NCBI GenBank assembly: GCA_965203515.1
Contig: OZ241907.1
Location: forward strand, 3,360,001 to 3,424,000
Direction of reading: 5' to 3'
Length of the DNA stretch: 64,000 bases
Origin: Spirochaetia bacterium
Lineage (GTDB): Bacteria; Spirochaetota; Spirochaetia; SZUA-6; Bin103
The notes below the pieces were generated by a model. It made no database searches. It saw only the letters and a list, made by a program, of their open reading frames with translations, and was not told the origin of the DNA. The position numbers and the translations under genes are program-made. This document shows, piece after piece, positions 29,245 to 37,325 of this stretch (position 1 is the first letter of the stretch; the number at the start of each line of letters is the position of its first letter).

Positions 29245-30921
29245 ATGCCCGCCACCGCCACCGCCACCGCCACCGCCACCGTCGGCGCCGGCGCCCGGAT
29301 CGACACGGTGCCGCTCGCCCTGCTCTACCCGGGCCACGCGCTGCTGCGGGATCTGGCCGCCGGCTCGCCGGCGGCGGCGCGGTTCTTCACCGTCTCGCCG
29401 GGGGAGCCCGACGCCGCGCTGGAGGCGGCCGCCGAGTCCCGGTCCGGCGCTTCCCACCGGTCCGGCGCTCCCCCCCTGCCCGCCGCGGTGGCGCCGGCGC
29501 TCGCCGCCTACCAGCGGCGGTGCGGAGGGGACGACCGGTCGGTCGCCAACGCGGAGGCGCTGGCCGCCGGACGGGCGTCCTGCGTCGTCACCGGCCAGCA
29601 GCCCGGACTGCTCGGCGGCCCGGTCCATAACGCCTACAAGATCGCCACCGCCGTGCGGCTGGCGCGCCGGGCGGCCGTGCGCACCGGCCGGCCGTGCGCG
29701 CCGGTCTTCTGGCTCGCCTCCGAAGACCACGACGTTGGCGAGGCCAACCACACCTTCGGCGCCACGCCGGACGGCGAGATCGGCCGCGTCTCCTTTCGCG
29801 CCGCCGGCGGCCGCGAGCTGAGCCGGCTGCCGCTCGACGCGCAGGTGACCGGCGCCGCGGCGCGCTACTTCGACGAGCTGCTGCCCGCCGGCGACCGGCG
29901 CCGCGCGCGCGCCCCGTACGCGCCGGACGGGGCGTGGAGCTTCGCCGGCTGGGTGGCGCGGAGCTGGATGCGGCTGTTCGCCGGCACCGGTCTGGTGATC
30001 GTCGAGCCGGCGCTCCTGCGGCCGGCGTGCGGGGCGCTGTTCGAGCGATCGCTCGCCCGGCGCGGCGCGGTCGCCGAGGCGCTGGCCCGGGTCGCCGGCG
30101 AGCTGCGCGCGGCCGGCTACCGGGCGCCGCTCGACCCCGCGGCCGCCGGCATGCCGTTCCGCGTCGCCGCCGACGGCACCCGCGTGCGCGTCGCCGATGC
30201 CGCCGCCGAGCTGCGCCGCGGCGCGGTCGACCCGACCGCCCTGTCCGCCGACGCGGCGCTGCGGCCGATCTTCGCCGACGCCCTGCTGCCGAACCTCGCG
30301 CACGTGGTCGGCGCCGGCGAGCTTTCCTATCACGCCATGCTGAAGCCGCTCTACGCGCTGTTCGGGGTGGCGCAGCCGGCCGTGCTGCCGCGGCGCAGCC
30401 TCACCTTCCTGACCGAAGGCGAAGCGGCGGCGCTCGACCGCTACGGAGTCGCCGTGCGGGAGGCGCTGGCCGGCGCCGTGCATCCCGGCGCGGCGACCGC
30501 CCGGCTGCTCGACGCCGGCGACGCGGCCGATTTCGAACGGACGGCGGCCGGCATCCGCGCGGCCTTCGAGCCGCTCGCCGAGCGGGTCAGCGCCGTCGAT
30601 CCGGGGCTGGCGCGCACCTGGCAGCGCTCCCGTGAGCATGCCCTGCGCGGTCTGACCCGCCTCCGGTCGCGCACCGGCCGCGCCGTGCTGGCGCGCCGCG
30701 GCTATTCGCGCGCCGCGCTGCATCGGCTGCTCAACCAGCTCCGCCCGCGCGGCCGGCCGCAGGAGCGGGTCTTTCCCGTGCCCCACTTCCTGGCCCGCTT
30801 CGGCGCGGCATTCCTCACCGCGTGCCTGATCGACGAGCCGGCCGGGGCGTTCACTCATGAAGTGGTGGCCCTGCCGGCCGCGCCCGCTGCACCGGGGCCG
30901 ACCGCGGAGAGCACGCCGTGA
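29245..30921 (+). CDS. bshC: Bacillithiol biosynthesis cysteine-adding enzyme
   Basis: VVTGQQPGLLGGP...YK, PVFWLASEDHD.GEANH, SADAALRPI, VVGAGELSY, PQERV. Confidence 0.9.
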   Translation: MPATATATATATVGAGARIDTVPLALLYPGHALLRDLAAGSPAAARFFTVSPGEPDAALEAAAESRSGASHRSGAPPLPAAVAPALAAYQRRCGGDDRSVANAEALAAGRASCVVTGQQPGLLGGPVHNAYKIATAVRLARRAAVRTGRPCAPVFWLASEDHDVGEANHTFGATPDGEIGRVSFRAAGGRELSRLPLDAQVTGAAARYFDELLPAGDRRRARAPYAPDGAWSFAGWVARSWMRLFAGTGLVIVEPALLRPACGALFERSLARRGAVAEALARVAGELRAAGYRAPLDPAAAGMPFRVAADGTRVRVADAAAELRRGAVDPTALSADAALRPIFADALLPNLAHVVGAGELSYHAMLKPLYALFGVAQPAVLPRRSLTFLTEGEAAALDRYGVAVREALAGAVHPGAATARLLDAGDAADFERTAAGIRAAFEPLAERVSAVDPGLARTWQRSREHALRGLTRLRSRTGRAVLARRGYSRAALHRLLNQLRPRGRPQERVFPVPHFLARFGAAFLTACLIDEPAGAFTHEVVALPAAPAAPGPTAESTP

Positions 30922-32129
30922 GGATCGGCATCTCCTGCTACCCCACCCACGGCGGCAGCGGCGTGGTCGCCACCGAGCTGGGTCTGCGGCTGGCCGAGCG
31001 CGGCCATTCGGTCGCGTTCGTGAGCTACTCGGCGCCGTTGCGCCTCAACGCGCTGCCGCCGCGCGTCTGCTTCCACGAGGTGGCGATCGAGGAGTACCCG
31101 CTGCTCAAGCAGTTCCCCTACACGCTCGCGCTCGCCTCCAAGCTCGCGGAGGTGGCGCGGTCGCACCGCCTGCGGGTGCTGCACGTCCATTACGCGATCC
31201 CGTTCGCGGCCGCGGCGATCCTGGCCCGGCAGATCGCGCCCGACCTCGACTTGAAGGTGGTGACGACCCTGCACGGCACCGACATCACTCTGGTCGGCAG
31301 CAACGACAGCTTCCGGCCCGTGACCGCCTTCTGCATCGAGCGCTCCGACGCGGTGACCGCCGTCTCGTACGCCCTGCGCGCGGAGACCGACCGCGTGTTC
31401 GGCACCACGCGGCCGATCGAGGTGATCCCCAACTTCGTCGATCCCGCCCATTACCGCGACGCCCGGCCGGCCGCCTGGCCGGCCGGCGACCGGTCCGCCG
31501 CGGCCGGCGAGCGGCTGCCGGTGATCGTGCACATCTCCAACTACCGGCCGGTCAAGCGCGCGACCGACGTGGTGCGCGTGTTCGCGCGCGTGGCGGCCGA
31601 GCTGCCGGCGCGCTTGGTGCTGGTCGGCGACGGCCCGGACCTGGGCCACGCGATCGATCTGGCCCGCGAGCTCGGCGTGCTCGACCGCGTCCGCCTGATC
31701 GGCGTGGTCGACGACGTGGCGCCGTACCTGCGCGGCGCCGACCTGCTGCTGCTGCCCAGCCAGAACGAGTCGTTCGGACTGGTCGCCATGGAGGCGCTGG
31801 CCGCCGGCGTGCCGGTGATCGCCAGCCGCGTGGGCGGCCTGCCGGAGGTGGTGCAACACGGCGTATCGGGGTATCTGTTTCCCCCGGGAGATGTGGAGGG
31901 GATGGCCCGACAGGCGGCGGCGGTGCTGCGCGACCGGCCGCTGGCGGAGCGGTTGGGCCGCGCCGGCGCCGAGCGCGTGGCCAGCCGGTTCCCTCCCGAG
32001 CGGATCATCCCCCGCTTCGAGGATCTCTACCGCCGCGTGCTGGGCCTGCCGGCCGGCGCCGAGCCGGAGGCCGACGACGGCGACGCGCACGCCGAGTCTT
32101 TCGACCACGATCGCCGTGCGCGCGCGTGA
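30918..32129 (+). CDS. bshA: N-acetyl-alpha-D-glucosaminyl L-malate synthase
   Basis: MRIGISCYPTHGGSGVVATELG, LHVHYAIP, TTLHGTDITLVG, HISNYRPVKR, ESFGLVAMEA. Confidence 0.95.
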   Translation: MRIGISCYPTHGGSGVVATELGLRLAERGHSVAFVSYSAPLRLNALPPRVCFHEVAIEEYPLLKQFPYTLALASKLAEVARSHRLRVLHVHYAIPFAAAAILARQIAPDLDLKVVTTLHGTDITLVGSNDSFRPVTAFCIERSDAVTAVSYALRAETDRVFGTTRPIEVIPNFVDPAHYRDARPAAWPAGDRSAAAGERLPVIVHISNYRPVKRATDVVRVFARVAAELPARLVLVGDGPDLGHAIDLARELGVLDRVRLIGVVDDVAPYLRGADLLLLPSQNESFGLVAMEALAAGVPVIASRVGGLPEVVQHGVSGYLFPPGDVEGMARQAAAVLRDRPLAERLGRAGAERVASRFPPERIIPRFEDLYRRVLGLPAGAEPEADDGDAHAESFDHDRRARA

Positions 32130-33036
32130 CCGGCGCCCGCTGCGCGTGGGGACGCGGCGCAGCGCGCTGGCCCGCGCGCAGGCGGCACTGGTCGCCGCCC
32201 GCCTGCCGCGGCCGGTGACGGTCGTGCCGATCGCGGTGGCGGCCGACGCCGACCGGCGGCCGCTGCAAGCGTTGGCCGGCACGCGCGCCTTCACCGGCGC
32301 CATCGAGCGCCGCCTGCTGCGCGGCGACATCGATCTGGCGGTGCACGCGCTCAAGGACCTGCCGGTAGCGCCGGCCGCGGGGCTGCGGGTGGCCGCGCGG
32401 CTGCCGCGCGGGCCGGTCGGCGATCTGCTGCTGCGGCGCGGTACCGACGCCGGCGCGCCGCTGGGCCTGCCGGCCGGCGCCCGCGTCGGCACCGGCGCTC
32501 CGCGCCGCGCGGCCCTGCTGTCCGTGCACGCGCCGCAGGCGCTGGCGGTGCCGATCCGGGGCAACGTGCCGACGCGCGTCGAGCGCTGCGTGCGGGGCGG
32601 CGTCGACGCGGTCGTGCTGGCGCAGGCCGGCATCGAACGGCTGGGCGCGGCGATCGGCCCGCTGCTGGCGGAGTTGCGCAGCGTGCCGCTCGATCCGCCC
32701 GGCTGGCTGCCGGCGCCCGGTCAGGCCGCGATCGCGGTGCAGGCGCGCGACGACGATCGGGAGCTGCTGGAGACGCTGGCGGCGATCGATGACGCCGCTA
32801 CCGGCGTGGCCGTCGACCTGGAGCGGGCGCTGCTGCAGGCCGCCGGCGATGGGTGCCGCTCGTCGCTCGCCGCCTGGGCCCGGCCGGCCGGCGACGCCGG
32901 GTGGCGGGCCGACGTTGCCCTGCTCGACGGCCGCGGCCGCTGGCAGACGCGCCAGGCGACCGGCGGCGCGCGGGCGGTCCGCGCCGAGTTGACCGACTGG
33001 ATCGGCTGCGTGAGCCGGGCCGGGAGTCCCCCCTGA
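32116..33036 (+). CDS. hemC: Hydroxymethylbilane synthase
   Basis: GTRRSALARAQ, IDLAVHALKDLP, VGTGAPRR, IRGNVPTR, LPAPGQAA, GDGC (cofactor Cys). Confidence 0.9.
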   Translation: MRARDRRPLRVGTRRSALARAQAALVAARLPRPVTVVPIAVAADADRRPLQALAGTRAFTGAIERRLLRGDIDLAVHALKDLPVAPAAGLRVAARLPRGPVGDLLLRRGTDAGAPLGLPAGARVGTGAPRRAALLSVHAPQALAVPIRGNVPTRVERCVRGGVDAVVLAQAGIERLGAAIGPLLAELRSVPLDPPGWLPAPGQAAIAVQARDDDRELLETLAAIDDAATGVAVDLERALLQAAGDGCRSSLAAWARPAGDAGWRADVALLDGRGRWQTRQATGGARAVRAELTDWIGCVSRAGSPP

Positions 33037-34151
33037 CCCTCGTCCACGCCTCCGACCTGCACCTTTCCGAGGCCGAGTCCGACTACTGCCTGGAGGTGCT
33101 CGACGAGCTGGTCGAGCTCTGCGTCGGCGTGCAGGCGAATGGTCTGCTGCTGGCCGGCGACGTCTTCGACAGCTTCGACGCCGCCGAGGCGTTGCACGCG
33201 CCGTTCGGCGCCCGCGTCGAGCGTCTGGCGGAACGCTGCCGCGTGCTGTTCCTGCCGGGGAACCACGACGAGCTGCGGCAGGGATCACGGCGGCTCCGCG
33301 CGCTCGACCTGGGGCCGGTGACGCTGCTCGACCGCAGGCCGTTCTCGCTGGTGCGGTTGGCAGCCGGGGCAGGCGAGGGAGCGGACGACCGGGAAGCGGT
33401 CGAGGTGGTGGCGATTCCCGAACAGCCGAGCTACGACGGCTACCGCGCCTGGGGGGTTCCGGCCAAGGCCGCGCCGGTGCGCATCGTCCTGGCGCACGGC
33501 ATCGTGCCGGGCATGGCGTACACGGGACCGGCCGGCGACGACGGGGAGGAGGAGCCGGCCGGGCTGCTGGCGGCGCGTCTGTTCCGGGACCTGCAGGCCG
33601 ATTACGCGGCGCTCGGCCACCTGCACGGCCGGCGGCAGGCGGTCGAGGATGGCGTGAAGCTCAGCTATCCGGGTTCCGCGCGCGTGTGCCGCCGCGGCGA
33701 GTCGGGGGAGCGCGGCGTGTGGCGTCTCACCGCCGGCGGCGCCGGCCTGGCCGCCGAGTTCGTGACCATGCGCGCGGCCGGCCGGTACCGGGAGTGCGAG
33801 GCGCCGATCGATCCGTCCGGCGCCGTCGACGTGGCGCCGCTGCGCCCGGAGCGCTGGCACCGCAATGACTGGATCGTGCTGCGCGCCGCCGGCGTGGTGG
33901 AGGACCAGAACGACCTGTCGGCCGCGCTGGCCGATCTGCGCGGTCGCTATGCCGGCGCGGTGCGCCGGTTCGAGATCGACGCGGCCGACTGCCAGGCGAT
34001 GCCGGGCATCGCTGCGCAGCCGCTGGCCGCCCGCTTCCTGGAGCTGTGGGCGGCCGGCGAGCCGCAGGACCCGGCCGAACGGCCGGCGTGGCTGCGCGCG
34101 CGGCAGCTCGGCCTGCTGGCGATCAAGCAGGAGTTGGCGGCCGGCCGATGA
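33033..34151 (+). CDS. Mre11/SbcD/YhaO-like metallophosphoesterase nuclease
   Basis: HASDLHL, AGDVFD, PGNHDE, LAHG, ALGHLH, YPGS; start uncertain (probable CTG at 33033). Confidence 0.85.
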   Translation: MTLVHASDLHLSEAESDYCLEVLDELVELCVGVQANGLLLAGDVFDSFDAAEALHAPFGARVERLAERCRVLFLPGNHDELRQGSRRLRALDLGPVTLLDRRPFSLVRLAAGAGEGADDREAVEVVAIPEQPSYDGYRAWGVPAKAAPVRIVLAHGIVPGMAYTGPAGDDGEEEPAGLLAARLFRDLQADYAALGHLHGRRQAVEDGVKLSYPGSARVCRRGESGERGVWRLTAGGAGLAAEFVTMRAAGRYRECEAPIDPSGAVDVAPLRPERWHRNDWIVLRAAGVVEDQNDLSAALADLRGRYAGAVRRFEIDAADCQAMPGIAAQPLAARFLELWAAGEPQDPAERPAWLRARQLGLLAIKQELAAGR

Positions 34152-36259
34152 TCACCCGCCTGCGGCTCGAACGGTTCGGGATGTTCGTGGACCGCGAGCT
34201 GCGGTTCGGCGCCGTGACGCTGTTCGTGGGGCCGAACGAGAGCGGCAAGACCACGATCGTCGACGCCCTGTGCGAGGCGCTCTGCAGGCCTCGGTCCAAC
34301 CGGAGCGCCGGCAAGCGCCTTGCGCTCCGCTACGGAACCGAGCGGCGGGCGACCGCCGAGTTCGACGGCGAGCCGATCTCGATCCCGGACGATGCGTTCT
34401 ACGACCTGTACGCGATCCGCTCCGGCGACCTGACGATCGACGTCAAGCCCGGCAGCAGTTGGGTGGAGGCGCTGAAGGCGGAGCTGTTCACGGCCGGACT
34501 CGACCCGAAGCGGTTGCACGCCGCGCTGGCGCGGCGCGCCAGCACCGACGGCGGCAGCCGCCACAACCGCGAGCTGCGGCAATTGCAGGAAGAACGGCGC
34601 CGGCTCGAAGAGCGGCGCGGCGAGTTGCGGCAGCGCGCCGCCGCGTCCCGCGCCGCCGAGTCGGCCGTAGCCGACCTGCGCGCCGAGCGGGGCCGGTTGG
34701 CCGCCGAGCTGGAGGGCGTGGCCGGCGATCTGGAGGAGCGGCAGCGGCAGGCGCGCCGCCGCCTGCAGCAGGCCGAACGGCGCGAGGCGGAGCGGCTGCT
34801 GCAGCGCTTCGAGGAGCTCGACGCGGAACCGGCCGCGGCGCCTGCGTCTTCCACGGAGGCCCGCCTGCAGGAGCTGTCCGACGCCAACGACGCGGCGGTC
34901 CGGGAGATCGAGCGCGCGCGCGACGAGCTGGAGCAGGCGCGCGGCCAGCTACCCGACCCTGACGACGGCCCGCCGGCTCGCGCGGCGCTCTCGGAAGGGT
35001 CCGGGGTGACCGTTTCCGCCGCGGAAATCGCTCTGGGCCTGTTCGCCGGGGGCGCGCTGGCCGCGTTGCTGGCGGTCGTGGGCCTGCCGGTGCTGGCCGC
35101 GGCCGCCGTCGGCGTGGCCGCCGCCAGCGGCACCGTGGCGGTGGCCACGCTGATCCGGCATCGGGCCGCCGGGGTCGCCGCCGTGCAGGAGGAGATCGAC
35201 CGCGCCGCCGAGCGGCTGCGCGGGCGCCGCGAACGGCACGAGCGGACCGAAGGCGAGCTGCGCGGCTTCCTGCAGCGGCACGGGGCGGAGTCCAGGGAGC
35301 AGTTGCTGCTGCAGCTCGGCGGCGCTCAGGCCGAGGAGGCGCGCCGGCGCGCCGTGGAGGAGGAGCTTGCCGCGGCGGCGGGCGAGCGCGGGCTGCGCGA
35401 CCTGGACGCCCTGCGCGAGGCGCTCCGCGCCCGGCTGCAGGAACCGCCGGACGCCCCGGCGGCGCGCCCGCCGGATGCTCCGGCGGGGGGGCTGGATGCT
35501 CCGACGGGGCCGGCCGGTGCACACGCGGCCGACGACGAAGAGCGGCTGCGCGGCCGCGCCGCCGAGCTGCGCGAGCGGCTGGAACGGCTCGACGAGCGGA
35601 TGACCCGCGACCGGGAACAGGCGGCGGCGCTGAGCGCCGGCGCGGACGAGATGGCCGACCTCGACCCGCGCGCCGCCGCCGCCGAGCGCCGCATCGCCGC
35701 GCTGGAGCTCGACCGGCGCGCGGCCGGCGTCGCCGCCGCGCTGTTTGCCCGCATCGCCGACGAATCGACCGCCGCGCTCGACGAGCTGTCCGCCGACATC
35801 GGCGCCGGCTACACGGCGCTCTCCGGGAGCGCCGCCGGACCGGAAGGGGTCTACACGGCCGGGACCGCGCAGCCGACCGCCGCGCCGGGTCTGTCGTCGT
35901 CGGTGAACCTGCAGGCGCTGGAGGAGCAGCCGCTGGTGGTCGATGCCTACGGCGCCGCGCGGCCGGCCGACCGGCTTTCGCACGGCACGCGCGACGCCTA
36001 CGCCCTGGCCGCTCGCCTGGCCCTGGCCGAGCGGGCGCAGCGCGAACCGGCGCTCCTGGTCATGGACGAGCCGTTTCGGTCGATGGACACCACGCGCATG
36101 CGCCGCGCCCTGCGGCTGGTCGCCCGCTTCCGGGAGCGGACCGGCTGGCAGCTCGTGATCCTGACCGCTGACGAGCGGGTGGCGCTGGCGGTCTCCACCC
36201 AGTTCGCCGGAGCGCCGGTGCACCGCCTGTCGATCGAGACGACGGCGACCGACCTCTGA
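34148..36259 (+). CDS. Rad50/SbcC/YhaN-like SMC-type ATPase with an internal membrane hairpin
   Basis: ATGA overlap; GPNESGKTT, long coiled coils, LSHGTRDAYALAARLA signature, LLVMDEPF Walker B; hydrophobic segment mid-protein. Confidence 0.85.
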   Translation: MITRLRLERFGMFVDRELRFGAVTLFVGPNESGKTTIVDALCEALCRPRSNRSAGKRLALRYGTERRATAEFDGEPISIPDDAFYDLYAIRSGDLTIDVKPGSSWVEALKAELFTAGLDPKRLHAALARRASTDGGSRHNRELRQLQEERRRLEERRGELRQRAAASRAAESAVADLRAERGRLAAELEGVAGDLEERQRQARRRLQQAERREAERLLQRFEELDAEPAAAPASSTEARLQELSDANDAAVREIERARDELEQARGQLPDPDDGPPARAALSEGSGVTVSAAEIALGLFAGGALAALLAVVGLPVLAAAAVGVAAASGTVAVATLIRHRAAGVAAVQEEIDRAAERLRGRRERHERTEGELRGFLQRHGAESREQLLLQLGGAQAEEARRRAVEEELAAAAGERGLRDLDALREALRARLQEPPDAPAARPPDAPAGGLDAPTGPAGAHAADDEERLRGRAAELRERLERLDERMTRDREQAAALSAGADEMADLDPRAAAAERRIAALELDRRAAGVAAALFARIADESTAALDELSADIGAGYTALSGSAAGPEGVYTAGTAQPTAAPGLSSSVNLQALEEQPLVVDAYGAARPADRLSHGTRDAYALAARLALAERAQREPALLVMDEPFRSMDTTRMRRALRLVARFRERTGWQLVILTADERVALAVSTQFAGAPVHRLSIETTATDL

Positions 36260-36269
36260 CCTGACCGCG

Positions 36270-37325
36270 CTAGCGGTCGTCCAGCCAGTAGTCGGCGAGG
36301 TCCGCCGGTATCGCCCGGCCGGCGCCGGCCGCCCGTGCGGCGCCATCGTCAAGGTCAAGCCCAAGCGCACCGTCGACGGCGTGCAGCAGGCGCAGCACCG
36401 CTCCGTATTCGCGGCGGTCGAATGCCGCCGACGCCTGGGCGAATGCCGACGCCCGGGCGAATGCCGCCGCCTGCCGGGCGGGGGATGCGCCGCCGGCCGC
36501 GTCCGCATCTGTGTCATCCGCGCCATCCGCGTGCCGGCCGGCTGCACGCGGGCCGGCGGTGTCCCGCTCGCGCGTGCGCTCGTCCAGGGAGCGCAGCGCG
36601 GCCTGCGCCTGCCGGGCGCGCGCCGGGTCGCGGTCCCGCTCCAGCCGGCGGTAGATCGAACGGAGCAGGTCCGCTTCCGCATCGCTCAGGTCGGGACGCT
36701 CCGCCAGCCAGCGGACGCGCTCCCGGTCGTACGGAGCTGCGTTCACCGGCAGCGTCGACGTGCAGCGGTACACGAACGGCTCGACCGGCGCCACGCCGCC
36801 GGCGCCCCCGTCCCCGCCGGCGCCCGCCTCGCCGGCGCCCGACCCGGCACGCCACGCGGTTGCCGCGGGGGCCGCGGCGCGCGGCTCGCCGTCCAGCAGG
36901 CCGGCGGCGATCGTCTCCCGCACGCCGGCCAGCTCGGCAGCGGTGCGCAGCGCCGTCTCGCCGGCAGCGGAGTCCTGCAGCGCTGCCCGCAGCTCGCCCT
37001 GCCCGGCCGGCCCGGTCACCGACGCGTGCAGCACGCCGCCGGCGTCCAGGCTGACGCGCAGCACCAGGTCGGGCCGTCCGGCGCCGTCCGGCGCCGCGTC
37101 GTCCGCCCCCGTCTCCAGATGCACCGTGCCCAGATGCCGGTAGCGCTCGCCGCCGCCCGGCTCCTCCCGGAACAGCTCGACGTCGGCGGCGCGCTGCGCC
37201 GCCTCGGCGGTGGTGAGCACGACCTGCCGGACGCCGCGGAAGGTCTCCGACATCAGCGGATAGAAGCAGCCGTCGGCGGTGCGCAGTCCGATCCGCGCCG
37301 CCCCCGGCGCCGGGCGCACCGTCAT
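36270..37325 (-). CDS. Hypothetical protein with an N-terminal Hsp70 substrate-binding-like domain
   Basis: ATGA overlap with the upstream gene; IGLRTADGCFYPL...VVLTT...Q..ADVELF...LGTVHL...LRVSLDAGGVLHASV resembles the DnaK beta-sandwich. Confidence 0.55.
   Translation of the reverse strand: MTVRPAPGAARIGLRTADGCFYPLMSETFRGVRQVVLTTAEAAQRAADVELFREEPGGGERYRHLGTVHLETGADDAAPDGAGRPDLVLRVSLDAGGVLHASVTGPAGQGELRAALQDSAAGETALRTAAELAGVRETIAAGLLDGEPRAAAPAATAWRAGSGAGEAGAGGDGGAGGVAPVEPFVYRCTSTLPVNAAPYDRERVRWLAERPDLSDAEADLLRSIYRRLERDRDPARARQAQAALRSLDERTRERDTAGPRAAGRHADGADDTDADAAGGASPARQAAAFARASAFAQASAAFDRREYGAVLRLLHAVDGALGLDLDDGAARAAGAGRAIPADLADYWLDDR

Noticed and set aside
29251..29280. (GCCACC)5 at the bshC 5' end as a phase-variation switch
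   Set aside because: The hexamer unit keeps the reading frame and only changes the length of a low-complexity N-terminal tail.
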